DNA of 64,000 nucleotides from Candidatus Poribacteria bacterium (GCA_965218095.1 OZ244587.1:2560001-2624000); one strand, 5' to 3'. Counted from the stretch's first letter, positions 42,882 through 54,219 are shown. A program made the numbers and translations. The notes: generated by a model from the letters alone, not told the origin.

Positions 42882-44204
42882 ATGATCAGAAAAAAGATCA
42901 CAAACCAAACTGCGCATGCAGGTGTTATTGGACTCGGCTATGTTGGGCTTCCACTCGCGGCAACTATTGCGAAAGCCGGTTTTTCTGTTACCGGCATTGA
43001 TATTAATTCCCGAAAAGTTGAACAGATTCAACAGGGGATTTCTGATGTCCCCGATGTGCCTTCAGAAGATCTCGGGACTTTCGTCCAGAAGGGGCAAATT
43101 CAAGCCACAACGGACTATCGAATCCTGAGTGAATTGGATACGGTCAATATTTGCGTCCCCACGCCACTGCGCAAGAGCAAAGATCCGGATATGAGTTTTA
43201 TCATCTCCGCAGTTGACGAAATTGCGCAATATTTACGCAAAGACCAGTTGATTATCCTGGAAAGTACAACCTACCCCGGTACAACAGAAGAGATCGTACT
43301 GCCAAAACTTGAAGGAAGTGGTTTAGGGGTCGGTAAAGATTTTTTCCTTGCTTTTTCCCCGGAACGGATTGACCCGGGGAATAAGACCTACTCGACCGTC
43401 AATACACCGAAAATTGTTGGAGGCATAACCCCAGCATGCACGGAGGTCGCTCAATGCTTTTATGAGCAGTTCATTCACGAAGTTCATACGGTCTCATCAA
43501 CAAGAGCAGCAGAAATGGTCAAACTGCTGGAGAACACCTTTCGGAGTGTCAATATCGGTCTCGTAAATGAAATGACACTGATGTGTGATCGGATGGGACT
43601 GGATGTGTGGGAAATTGTCGATGCAGCAGCCACGAAGCCGTTTGGATTCATGCCATTCTATCCTGGCCCAGGGCTAGGTGGACACTGCATCCCCGTAGAT
43701 CCACATTACCTGTCATGGAAGGCAAAGACCTATGAGTTCTATGCACGATTCATTGAGCTCGCAAGTGAGATCAATGGATCAATGCCAGAGTATGTATTAG
43801 GCAAGATTACCAATGCACTCAACCATCACCGCAAAGCTATCAACGGATCAAAGATCTTGATCATGGGAGTTGCCTATAAGAAAAATGTGGGCGATGTTCG
43901 TGAATCGGCGGCTATTGATGTCATCCGCATGATTGCCCAACGTGGTGGCGAGATCTTATACCACGACCCCTACGTGCCAGAATTGGAGGTTGAAGAGCTC
44001 GGTTTGATGAATCGAAATCCCGTACACTATATGCGCCAAGAATTGACAGCGGATCTGGTCCAAAACGTTGATTGCGTGGTGATTATGACAGATCATACCA
44101 ATATCGATTACAGTTGGCTTGTTAACCATGCGGTCGTGGTTGTGGACACACGAAACGCGACAAAATCTATCACGACAAACCGGAGCAAAATCATTAAAAT
44201 TTAA
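42882..44204 (+). CDS. Nucleotide-sugar (UDP-GlcNAc-type) 6-dehydrogenase
   Basis: GLGYVGLP, ESTTYPGTT, SPERIDPGN, GGHCIPVDP. Confidence 0.93.
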   Translation: MIRKKITNQTAHAGVIGLGYVGLPLAATIAKAGFSVTGIDINSRKVEQIQQGISDVPDVPSEDLGTFVQKGQIQATTDYRILSELDTVNICVPTPLRKSKDPDMSFIISAVDEIAQYLRKDQLIILESTTYPGTTEEIVLPKLEGSGLGVGKDFFLAFSPERIDPGNKTYSTVNTPKIVGGITPACTEVAQCFYEQFIHEVHTVSSTRAAEMVKLLENTFRSVNIGLVNEMTLMCDRMGLDVWEIVDAAATKPFGFMPFYPGPGLGGHCIPVDPHYLSWKAKTYEFYARFIELASEINGSMPEYVLGKITNALNHHRKAINGSKILIMGVAYKKNVGDVRESAAIDVIRMIAQRGGEILYHDPYVPELEVEELGLMNRNPVHYMRQELTADLVQNVDCVVIMTDHTNIDYSWLVNHAVVVVDTRNATKSITTNRSKIIKI

Positions 44205-44250
44205 CAGAAAACCCCCCATTTTTTGGGGCTGAAAGCTGGGGAGATTTGCA

Positions 44251-45864
44251 ATGCTTCAGATAAAAACACACATTGCTACACATCAGCTAGCTTGGATCAT
44301 CACCGAATGCGTCGGTGAAAAAGAAATCATCACATTAGCGAATCAGTGCGGTATCCTTCATGAGGGCCAACAGAGGTCAACTCTCTCAAAGGATTGGCTT
44401 GCCAATGATTTGGCGACATGTTTTTTTTATGGCGCTTTGACTGAGAAAACTGTAAGTCAGTGCCTGGGAAAAAAGGCGGAACAAGTCACTCGTCGAGTTC
44501 AGTATATGAGTGTAGAAGAAATCCGGGGCTTCTTGAGAAGCGTTGAGCAACTTCGAGAAGACGGGGAGTTTGGCGAGATCCTATGGGCGCTTTTGGCGGA
44601 TTCACGTGAGGAGGTACAACAGCACGGTTACAAATTGCTCGCCGACCATGAGCAATATCTTCCACCCCCGGTCCTGCTTCCTGATTCCAGGGACGACACT
44701 TCATCATTAGATGATGTTCAAGGGGCAGAACCGTTGGAAGTTGACACGGCAACCTCAACCGCCTCGCTACATCACGCCAGCGATCAAGAACCGCTGCCTG
44801 AATCTATGGCTCCACTTACCCGCGAACATGCGCTGATTCAGGTAACGCTCAACCCTGCAACTAGTTCAGATCCGGATCGCGAACCCCACTTGCGCGACGA
44901 ATTAAATCAACGCAAACAGGAGATCGATGAACTTCAGGCAACAATTTCGGCGTTTAGAAGTGAACATACCATTCTGCAAAACGAAAATGAGAAACTCAAA
45001 CAAAAAATAGAGGCGTTAACCGAAGAAAATCGGATTCTAAAAGGTACAGAGGTTTTAGATAAGGAAAGCGAGTTACATATCGATCAACTCAAAAGTGAGA
45101 ATAAAAACCTCAAACAGGATCTTGAAAAGTTTTCAGATCAACTCTGTAAATTTCATGAACTTCAACTACAAAAAGAAAAGATCTCGGCGGAGTTAAAATC
45201 CGTTGAGGAGGTTGCCTATCATTCACAGCAAGTGCTTGAGCGGATGAAATCAGATTTCCATTCTCAATTCTCCTATTTACAAGAGGTCAATGAGGAGTAC
45301 AAAACTGTACTAACACGGGCGCGTCAGAGAGTTACAAACCTCATTGGACAGCGAAATACTGGGAGTGGCGGTAAAAATCGCATCCTGTCAGGACAGGCAC
45401 GCGTTGGCGTCTTCGTTGATGTACAGAATATGTTCTATGCTGCAAAAGATCGCTACGCGAGACGTTTGGATTACATCAAACTGCTAGATCTCATTGTTGG
45501 CCCCAGGAACCTTGTCATCGCATACGCTTATGTCGTCCAAATCCCCGAAATTAACCAGGCTGGATTTTTGTCCCTCCTCGAACATAATGGATATACTATC
45601 AAAAGCAAGGACCTGCGGATGCGTGGCGATGGATCGGCGAAAGGAGATTGGGATGTGGGAATTGCAATCGATATCGTGTCGATGCTTGAGGCACTCGATG
45701 TCGTGATTCTGGCAAGTGGGGACGGAGACTTCTGTGCGCTTGCTGAGATGATTAAACAACACGGCAGGCGCATTGAGGTAGTTGCCTTTGAACATAATAC
45801 GTCAATGGATCTTCAGCGCGTCGCCGATCAGTTCTTTCCGATCGGGGATGAGATGTTGATCTAG
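44251..45864 (+). CDS. Coiled-coil protein with a C-terminal NYN (LabA/DUF88) PIN-like domain
   Basis: VFVDVQNMFY, KGDWDVGIAID, LASGDGDF; central heptad repeats. Confidence 0.85.
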   Translation: MLQIKTHIATHQLAWIITECVGEKEIITLANQCGILHEGQQRSTLSKDWLANDLATCFFYGALTEKTVSQCLGKKAEQVTRRVQYMSVEEIRGFLRSVEQLREDGEFGEILWALLADSREEVQQHGYKLLADHEQYLPPPVLLPDSRDDTSSLDDVQGAEPLEVDTATSTASLHHASDQEPLPESMAPLTREHALIQVTLNPATSSDPDREPHLRDELNQRKQEIDELQATISAFRSEHTILQNENEKLKQKIEALTEENRILKGTEVLDKESELHIDQLKSENKNLKQDLEKFSDQLCKFHELQLQKEKISAELKSVEEVAYHSQQVLERMKSDFHSQFSYLQEVNEEYKTVLTRARQRVTNLIGQRNTGSGGKNRILSGQARVGVFVDVQNMFYAAKDRYARRLDYIKLLDLIVGPRNLVIAYAYVVQIPEINQAGFLSLLEHNGYTIKSKDLRMRGDGSAKGDWDVGIAIDIVSMLEALDVVILASGDGDFCALAEMIKQHGRRIEVVAFEHNTSMDLQRVADQFFPIGDEMLI

Positions 45865-46235
45865 GAGTTGGAGGCGAGGATCCAGGAGCTAGGGCGTGTT
45901 GATAAATTATTGATGCTCTCGTTGAATTGCCAAATCTAACGGCGATCGGGATTTGGCAATTGCTCGCATCCCAATCCATCGGGACCCGATCGAGCAGAGT
46001 GAGACAATAAGCGAATTCCTTCGAATATGTCAACCTTGGTACACATCGGCAAATATGCGGTCAGTTTCAGTAGAGCGTGCCATGCTCCTCCGAGAATAGG
46101 ACCCGCTCTACGGGGAATCGTTACCTGGCTACAAACTTCTGCCGCTATGTACTAATGGGATACGGTCTCCGCAAAGTCAAATTTTCTTGAACACGAACTT
46201 CGCGCACTTCACCCCACTCCGGTGGAGAGATGAGG

Positions 46236-46733
46236 TCACGCCTCTCTACTCCTGAGTCCAATCTGCCAAAATCCAAAGAAGCAAGAGATCGGTATGCGCT
46301 CGGCAAGTTGTAACAGGATGCAGCAAGTCCCGCTCAAGGAAGTGGTCGAAAAACTGCCACCATCCAGCCAATTCTCCGACCAGCTTTGCCCGCCATCTGT
46401 AGAGGCCAATAGGACGCTTTCGAGCCCGGGTCCTGCGGTAGCGAATCCGGTGTAAAAGGCACCGTCATCTGCCATGCCAATGGGGGCGCTCCTGCCAAAC
46501 GGCACTGAAATGAACTCGGCCGGAACCGTGCGGACGGATTTTCCGTCCACGGTCACTTTTATCTGTCCTGTTTCCGGATTCACTTCTCTACTCCACTGCT
46601 CCACCACAGAGCAGCCGGTGTGCCCGCGTAAGCTCCAACCACCTTCTCCTTTCAGCAGGAACGGCTGGGGCGCGCTTAAGATCCACCCATCATCGGTGCA
46701 GATCACCGGAGAATTTTCGATTCTTGCTTTCAT
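46236..46733 (-). pseudogene. BNR-repeat protein N-terminal remnant
   Basis: A single ASTDGGQSW box followed by degenerate sequence. Confidence 0.45.
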
Positions 46734-46776
46734 GTTTTATTCCCACGAAAACATAATCTGTTTTGGCGGTTTGCAA

Positions 46777-47181
46777 CTACGTCCGATTCCTGCTGCCGAT
46801 TTCTGCCACCGCCTCGACTTCGACGAGCAGGTCAGGGTTGACCAGTGATGGCGTCGCAACCGTAGCACTGGCCGGGATATTGTTCGGGAACACTTCAGCA
46901 CGCGCCGCTGCATAGTCCGCGTACCGGCTCATGTCGGTGATGAACGCCGTAATCTTTACTACGTCGTCGAGGCTCGCGCCGGCCTCGCCGAGGACCGCTC
47001 GAACATTCTCGAACACCTAGCGCGTCTGCGCAGCCATGTCGTCCTGGCCGACTACGTTGTCTTGTGGGTCGAAAGCAACCTGTCCTGAGACATACACTGT
47101 GTTTCCCATCTGCACACCCTGGGCAATCCGGAATTTGCTCGCCCACGGCCATTGCGGGTTCAATTCGATTCGTTCTGGCAT
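46777..47181 (-). pseudogene. RidA/YjgF family with an in-frame TAG (47017-47019)
   Basis: VYVSGQV...AQTR*VFENV...LVEVEAVA. Confidence 0.85.
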
Positions 47182-47550
47182 CTTGCACCCCCTGGTGTCA
47201 ATTAATTTCGTCAAGTTCATTTCATCTGTCTCTTGGGATGTTATCACAAATTCCAGTGGGAAGCTATGAAAAACTTCAGGAGGTAGAAATTTTGCAATCG
47301 ATCCTGCTGGTTGAGTTTTGAGCAGTACAACCGCTTACTTCATCGTACCATGATTCCTATAATCCTCAACCGAAACGATTTATTGATTAAGCTGCTCCGA
47401 AATGGTATACTGGTAGATGAATTAAACACAATCGCAAAGGTTTGCAAACAAAACCGTGAATACCGTTGGTATGGCGGAGCTGGAACTTGCGCTAGATGAT
47501 ACGAAAAACGCCACATGGATTGAGATGTATCATTACTGGCTGGAGGCGTA

Positions 47551-48183
47551 TTGAAAGTAGGATTGCAACAATTTGGTTGGAATGGGGTGACCATTGGCTC
47601 AGGCGGCATTATCTTCTTCACGTTCTTCGGCGCATGGGCGCTGTGGCGGCAAAATCAGAAGATATGGGCGACTGCGTCCGGAGAATCGGTATCCATCCCT
47701 TGGATCATGTACACCACCGGTCTCTATCTCGCCATTGTCATCTATGGATTATCGATAAAGAGCATTGCGCTCATGATTAACGGCAGCCTCCGAATCCCAT
47801 TGTGCGTTATGATTCTGATAGGCTTATGGAAGTTTAAAGGTTTCAACAAAAAGGAATGCTCACTGTTAGCGGGCCTGTCGGTTGCGCTGGTCGGCATGAG
47901 TATGACTCCGATTAAGGATGTATTCTTCTTCGGTTTCACCCTTGGCAGTTTTGTTTTTATAGCCATGCAACCACTAGAGATGTGGCGCAACAAAAGCAAT
48001 GGGGTGTTTGAGATTCGCGTGCCTCTGGTCATGATTAGCTCGAACCTGTTCTGGATGACGTACGGTTTTGCCATACATAACTGGGTGATAAAGAGTACCA
48101 CCTTTATCTATTTCGGGATTCTTGGCACGACGATTGTGCTGTGGTATAAGTATAGGATGGGCAACAACATACACGCGAAATAA
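47551..48183 (+). CDS. Membrane protein with two PQ-loop/SemiSWEET-like repeats
   Basis: RQNQKIW..SGESVS...IYG and MQPLEMWRNKS.G...FWMTYG; about 7 hydrophobic segments. Confidence 0.55.
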   Translation: MKVGLQQFGWNGVTIGSGGIIFFTFFGAWALWRQNQKIWATASGESVSIPWIMYTTGLYLAIVIYGLSIKSIALMINGSLRIPLCVMILIGLWKFKGFNKKECSLLAGLSVALVGMSMTPIKDVFFFGFTLGSFVFIAMQPLEMWRNKSNGVFEIRVPLVMISSNLFWMTYGFAIHNWVIKSTTFIYFGILGTTIVLWYKYRMGNNIHAK

Positions 48184-48417
48184 TGTTTCATAGTGTATCC
48201 ATGAAACCAGAGATGGGTTCTCTTAATTCGCCAAGATGTATGTCGACATAAGCTTACATCAGCACCTTCGCTGAACGCAGGTCAGGCAGATGTCCAGCGT
48301 GCTCCACATTCCGATGAGATTTGACCGGTGATGGAACCTTTTTACTGTTGAGGTAATTTGACTTTGTCAGATTAGAATTGAGATGCAAGTAGAGCGTATA
48401 AATGTGACATAGTCAAA

Positions 48418-49116
48418 CTAATCGCGGGATAAGAAGAGACGCAAAACGTACCAGAGCATCAGGGCGACCAAAGCGAAAAGCTCAAGGGCCGCACCAACAT
48501 GACGGTCTGCTGGATAGTGGTGCAGGACATTAGAGGTATCGTAAAGGATTGCGCCGCCGGCGAGGGCAATCATCGCCACCGAAAAGAAGGTCCCAAGTCG
48601 AAAGCCGAAGACCACACCTGCAACAATCAAGATTAACGCAACGACGAATCCCCACTTCAACAGACCACCAAGGAAGGAGAAATCCTTGCGGGTGATTAGG
48701 ACAATGGCGGTGAGCCCCCCAAAACCGAGAAGCGTCACGAGCGCCGCGCTTTCGATGACACCATCGGCATAGGATTGAGCGACGAATAGCAGCGGCACAA
48801 AGATGATGGCTTCGGCAGCGACGAAGGCAGTTAATGCTGTGTATTGCGCCGCCAAGGACCTGGTGCTGCGGGCAACTCGGCTGGCGAACCAACTCACAAT
48901 GATAAACCCGCCCAATACTAGAAGCCAGGAGGTCCCCAACATTGTCTGTGCAATAGGCCGCGCAAGACCACTGCCGAAAAGGAGCATCTCAATGCAGGCG
49001 AAACCAACGAGCGCTCCCAAAAGGTGCAGGTAGGTTCGGGTGACAAAAGCAATCCGGACATCGTCACCGAGACTCGCCACGGGCATGTCCCGATGCGTAC
49101 CGTAGGTCGTATCCAT
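48418..49116 (-). CDS. Bax inhibitor-1/YccA family protein
   Basis: TRTYLHL, TRKDFSFL, ILYDTSNV, AALELF. Confidence 0.9.
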   Translation of the reverse strand: MDTTYGTHRDMPVASLGDDVRIAFVTRTYLHLLGALVGFACIEMLLFGSGLARPIAQTMLGTSWLLVLGGFIIVSWFASRVARSTRSLAAQYTALTAFVAAEAIIFVPLLFVAQSYADGVIESAALVTLLGFGGLTAIVLITRKDFSFLGGLLKWGFVVALILIVAGVVFGFRLGTFFSVAMIALAGGAILYDTSNVLHHYPADRHVGAALELFALVALMLWYVLRLFLSRD

Positions 49117-49297
49117 GGTGAAATCCCCCTATTACAAGTTTTAGAAAGTCGATTTCGGACATCGGTCGGTTGCATTGAAAGCACAACCGTATCGAATTAC
49201 GATGGTTCCGACTTTTTAGATAGGCTCTTAATACAATCGGAAGGGTAAGGCGAATTTGCACTCATTCTTAACATGAGCCCGGTGGCTTTTATCGGCA

Positions 49298-50935
49298 TTA
49301 TCTCCACTCATCAATACAGACGCTATTTTGATAATCGCATCCCATCATCCGCCAATACCCATTTGTCTCCCCGCCAACGACGACCACATGAATATCACCC
49401 ACGCGAAATATAGGTATCAACTCATCTTCCGCGGCTTTAAGCCGGGTGGCATAGGGTTCCTCCCCGTTTAACGCTCGTGGGAAGACGTAGTTCTCTATCA
49501 GTTGATAATCCCAATAAACGCCAGCAGACATTGTTGCGTTATCGTGCAGCCATCGGATCAGTTTTTCCTTGGTATCGAATCCGCCCCGATTAACAAATTG
49601 TCTCGCTGTGATTGGGTCCAATACGAGCGTGGGTGGATTGTGAGGATTCATCCCCCGCAGCATGTTGGTCACATGCTCGCGCCAGTGCTTCTCTCGCAGC
49701 CCCAGATTGAATGTGGTGGATCGACACCCCGTAAAGACACTTACCACGCTGTCTTCCGGTTTAAAGCCATGCTGCACATGAAATGGCTCCCACGGACTCC
49801 GTTCCTCATTCTCGGCAAAGGTGATGCTGTTATAAGCATAGCTGTTTCCCTGCGACCCCATATACGTCCGTCCCGGATCAGATCCGCCCTGCAGATTCTG
49901 AGACAGCAAACCGTATGCTCTCCCAATGGCAGCGTTGGCGTGATTGTACGGTCCCATCGCCCCGATTTCCCAGTTCATCCTAATTTCATGGCGAACCGGC
50001 CCATTCACCACCACCATGGCGGCCATTGAACTGGTCGTACTGCCTCGTGCGGTGACTCTAGTCGATGCCAGGGCGAGGATTACCGGAAAATACGCCGGGC
50101 TTGCGCCTGCCATCACCGCATTGATGGCAACCTTCTCCACCGTGTATTCCCAGGCTTCCCATGTCGACGTGGGCCGCATCTGGCCGACCACCTCATCCGG
50201 GCGATGACTCGTCCCCGCCAGCATCTGAGCCACCCGTTCTTCGGTTGGGAGGACAATTGGCAGCGTATCCGTCCACTGATTCTCCAAAAAGAGACGATGC
50301 AAGTTCTCCACCGTATCCGGTTTAACGAAGCGTGGCGTCGATCGATCAAAACTGACTTTTTGCGTGTCCGCTTCGTTCAGCGGCTGGGTCAGCGCGTCGA
50401 TCACCTCCGTCATAACCGGGCGACCGGTGACAGAGTCGTTTCCGTCTATGTACGCCCGTAGCTCGGCCGGGGACTTGCCCATGACCGGCTGGGGGACGAA
50501 GACGAACCGCTGGTGCGGCATACCTTTCGCGTATGCAACCTGCTGAACCACGTCCTTGAAGGATTCCGTCTGGATGGAGGCTGTGGGAACACTGTACTCA
50601 CTTTCCAGCGTGATGCAGTGCTCGGCGACCGCCGGCGCACACGTGCTTCAGTGGCCTACGGCGATGACCGCCGCATCTCCCTGCTGCTTGATTTCCTCGA
50701 ACAACGCTGCATCTCGTTCCGTATACACGCCAGACTTTCGCCGGAATTCTGCCCTCACGTGCGGCATGTGCTCGGTGAACCAGGCCTGCATCTGCTGCAT
50801 CAGAATGTCGCCATCGTCAAATCGGCAGTCGACTAGATACACCGTTTTGCCATCTAAGCGATTCAGCCGTGGTGTATCGTGGGCGGATAACCCATGGGGT
50901 TAAGGACCACGATTTTCTCGCTCCCGCTTGCAGTT
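49298..50935 (-). CDS. UGSC-like selenoprotein (in-frame TGA at 50648-50650, H-U-S-T-C) fused to a partner domain; extreme N-terminus frameshifted, so possibly a pseudogene
   Basis: ORFs 50648-50842 and 49298-50551 lie in one frame across a single TGA; UxxC motif; SECIS-like hairpin; WTDTLPIVLPTEERV, VEKVAINAVMAG, NAAIGRA. Confidence 0.78.
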
Positions 50936-51102
50936 AATCCAGCACTCCCTTGTTCCTGAATCTCTCCCGAAACCCGTCAATGTTCCCTGTCGCGTCAAAG
51001 TATAAAGGGGGAAGAAAGTATAATAACCTTTCTTCCTTGCCTTCCCTCTTTCTAAGTCTCGAAAGCATCTATAAGAAAGTGACATTTTCTTTTTTGGTTT
51101 TA

Positions 51103-51917
51103 GGTTCTGTTGACATTTCAAGGGAGCCATATAAGAGTGGAGACAAAGCTGAGAAATCCAAAATAACGGATAGCTAACTTCTCGAACCGAGAGAAGATGC
51201 GGCGATACCATTTTATCTTGTTAATGAAACATTCAACCCGATGTCCCTCTTTGTACAGATGTTTGTCGTAATCTCTTTGATCCACACGATGACTTTTGGG
51301 CGGTATCACCGCAATCGCTCCATTCGCCTCAATAACCGCGATAAAATTGTCGGAGTCATATCCCTTGTCTCCAATCACATACTCGCTTTTATATCCAAGT
51401 ATCAACCCTTCTGCTTCCGCTATGTCGTTTCTTTGACCGGGCGTCAGATGTATTCTTAGGGGATTACCCAGGCCGTCAACGGTGATGTGATTTTTTGTAC
51501 TGAATCCCCCGCGAGAGCAGCCTAACGCTTGGTTTTCAGTGCCACCCTTTTTTTTTCGGCACCTGCCGCACACGGGTGCGCTCGAATGATTGTACTGTCC
51601 ACAATAAGCGACTCGATATCGGGGTCAGAGGCGAAGTGGTGGTGCATCTGTGTGAAGCCCCCTTTGTCGCACCACCGAGCAAACCGCTTATAGAGGGTGT
51701 TTACCATAGGTGTCTGGCAGAAGTCTCCATTGAGCACCGCTACGGGTCGCCCAGAGAACAGCTTCGATAAAGCGGCGTGTTGTCGCTTCGTTGCCAACAT
51801 AGATGGTGGGACAAGTTAGAAGAAACGAGTATATCTTTTTCCATTGGTCATCGGGTAAGGTTATTGGCATCATTCTTCTATTATGCCACAACCTTATACT
51901 CAAATGTCAACAGAACC
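51103..51917 (-). mobile_element. IS5-family (IS427-like) element, 815 bp, with degraded two-frame transposase
   Basis: TIRs ggttctgttgacattt; TA duplication; VDSTIIRAH, GCSRGGFSTK, GDKGYDSD, VECFINKIK; A9-GGG slippery site near 51546-51557. Confidence 0.9.
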
Positions 51918-52882
51918 TAGTACCAGGCTGCCTTGTCCACTACGTTGCGCAGCGGCTCACCGGCGGCAAACCGACGCGCATTTTCGAGGATGACCTGAAA
52001 TCGGCGCTCCGGGATGTTCTCTGCGTCCCTCAGTGCAACGTGAGGCGTCAGCAGGACGTTTGGCAGCAGCCACAGCCGGTGATCCGCGGGCAGGGGCTCC
52101 ACCTCGAACACATCCAGCCCGCACCCGGCGATCTCACCGCGCTCGATCGCGTCCGCAAGATCATCGATTTTCATCGTCTTACCGCGACCGATGTTGATGA
52201 GGTAGGCCGTGTTCTTCATCAACCGAAAACGTTGAGCGTTCCACATCCCCTCGGTTTCCGGCGTGTGCGGCGTTGTCGCTATGACGAAGTCCGCGCTTGG
52301 GAGAAGGGCGTCCAGGTCTTCTGGCGTGTGCATCTCAACAAATGGGAGGCCATATTCCGGCCTTGGATCCACGCCGATCGCCGTCATGCCAAATTCTGTA
52401 CATAGCCGGGCGGTCTCATGGCCGATGCCGCCAACGCCAACGATCAATGCTGTCGCTTCAGCAAGGTTGATGTACGGGATTTTGGGAGCATGGGCATCCC
52501 ATCGCCGTTGTCGCTGCGCCTCGACGTAATAGGGCAGACCACGTGAGAGCGCCAGCAGAAACATCATGATATGGTGACTGATGTGGTCGGAGTAGATACC
52601 GCGCGGGTTGCAGACCACCACGGGGTGCTCGATCAGTTCCTTGTAGTAGTAGCCCGGAAAAGGGCCCGCATCCGGATTCTGAAGCCATCGCAGCTTTTTA
52701 GTGACCCGGAGCCCCTCGGGGGGCGCCCAGCCGTATGCCGCGTCGGCGTCGACGATCTCACGGCGTGCATCTTTGTCCGTCTCTGGCACGGCGACCCGAT
52801 ACTGGGAAAGGGTTTGCTGCAGGCGTGCGGCCCACTGCCGCTTGTAATCGTCCTGCGGCGGCATCATCACAAACTTGAGCAT
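51917..52882 (-). CDS. D-2-hydroxyacid dehydrogenase
   Basis: GVGGIG, INIGRG, GLDVFEVEPLP, LTPHVA. Confidence 0.92.
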   Translation of the reverse strand: MLKFVMMPPQDDYKRQWAARLQQTLSQYRVAVPETDKDARREIVDADAAYGWAPPEGLRVTKKLRWLQNPDAGPFPGYYYKELIEHPVVVCNPRGIYSDHISHHIMMFLLALSRGLPYYVEAQRQRRWDAHAPKIPYINLAEATALIVGVGGIGHETARLCTEFGMTAIGVDPRPEYGLPFVEMHTPEDLDALLPSADFVIATTPHTPETEGMWNAQRFRLMKNTAYLINIGRGKTMKIDDLADAIERGEIAGCGLDVFEVEPLPADHRLWLLPNVLLTPHVALRDAENIPERRFQVILENARRFAAGEPLRNVVDKAAWY

Positions 52883-53160
52883 GGTACACGTTCCTCCGCA
52901 ATCGTAAAGTTTTCGTACAAAACGTCTCATTTTCGGTAAAACACAATTTTTTTATTATACCACAATCTGTATCAGTCAGAACGATAGTATACAAATCGTC
53001 GAGGCGAACCCTTCGATTGGTGGGTGGTAGAGTAGTGAGTCGTAGCGGCGAAAAATCACCACTCACCTGCGTACCAATGTAAACCACCACCTTGACCAAT
53101 CATGAAAAAATGATTGAATGCCCCATCCTAGGTCTGGGACATCTTATCGAAGATAAACCG

Positions 53161-54033
53161 TTACCCTTTCAAAGTTTCTTTCAACGCCAAGAAGTGCACC
53201 ACTCCAAGCAACTTCTTTACCTCGTCAAAGCTCATCGCTTCTGTTGCCAGCCCATCCACACGTCCTGTCTGCTTCATCGTTTCACACAACTCCCGCATGG
53301 CGCGGGCGCAGACCATCAGTGACTCAATGGGACAAACGACAATCTTGTATCCAAGCTGCTCCAGTTCCTGCACGGACAGAATCGGTGTCGTGCCCCCGGT
53401 CAGCATATTGGCAAATAGCGGATAATGAACACGTTTTGGAATCTCTTCCAGTTCAGCGACGGACTGCGGGGCTTCGATAAATGCAATGTCAGCCCCGGCG
53501 TCGCAATAGCGGTTCACCCGTTCGATGGCGTCATTGAGTCCATTCATTTGGCGGGCGTCAGTACGAGCAAAGATGACAAAGTCCTTTTCCCGCTTTGCAC
53601 GAACGGCAGCTTTAATTTTGAGCGCCATTTCCTCGGTTGGAATCACCTGCTTGTCCTCGAAGTGACCGCACCGCTTGGGCATCACCTGGTCTTCAATAAT
53701 AATCCCAGCCGCGCCGGCATCCTTGAACGCCTCAATAGTGCGTTGGACATTGTGCAAGTCGCCGTGTCCCGTGTCACCATCGGCAATCACAGGGATGCCA
53801 ACACGCCTTGCCATCCGCCGGACCGCATCCGCCATCTCGGTCATGGTCAGAAAATTCAAGTCCGGCAGTCCGAGCAACGACGCACTCGTGCCAAAACCGC
53901 CGATAAAAACCGTTTCAAAACCCATCTGCTCAACAACGAGCGCACTCAACACGTCATGCGCCCCGAGGCTGCGAATGATTCCCGTCCGGGAGAGCAACTC
54001 GCGCAAGTGTTTGGCTCCATTTGTATGGGTCAT
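53161..54033 (-). CDS. Isocitrate lyase/PEP mutase family (methylisocitrate lyase-like)
   Basis: ADGDTGHG, IEDQ.MPKRCGH, ARTDA; RBS ggagg. Confidence 0.9.
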   Translation of the reverse strand: MTHTNGAKHLRELLSRTGIIRSLGAHDVLSALVVEQMGFETVFIGGFGTSASLLGLPDLNFLTMTEMADAVRRMARRVGIPVIADGDTGHGDLHNVQRTIEAFKDAGAAGIIIEDQVMPKRCGHFEDKQVIPTEEMALKIKAAVRAKREKDFVIFARTDARQMNGLNDAIERVNRYCDAGADIAFIEAPQSVAELEEIPKRVHYPLFANMLTGGTTPILSVQELEQLGYKIVVCPIESLMVCARAMRELCETMKQTGRVDGLATEAMSFDEVKKLLGVVHFLALKETLKG

Positions 54034-54190
54034 GGTTCCTCCTTGCCAAAATAGAGATGAGAAGAACAAGGGCAGATCTCTCCAGAGACGCCCGACCAGA
54101 TTGATTCGCTTCTCCACAAAGGATAACCGAACTGCCAATATTTTAGCATATTTCCATGGTTTACTCAATATCAGTTTCAAATAGTAAGGC

Positions 54191-54219
54191 TTGAATTTTT
54201 AGCCGATTCGTGCTATACT
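54191..54219 (+). promoter_or_regulatory. Putative sigma70 promoter
   Basis: TTGAAT-N17-TATACT with extended -10 TG. Confidence 0.5.

Noticed and set aside
45925-45961. 12-bp inverted repeat downstream of the NYN gene as a structured RNA
   Set aside because: A single hairpin without other motifs; likely a terminator-like or repeat remnant.
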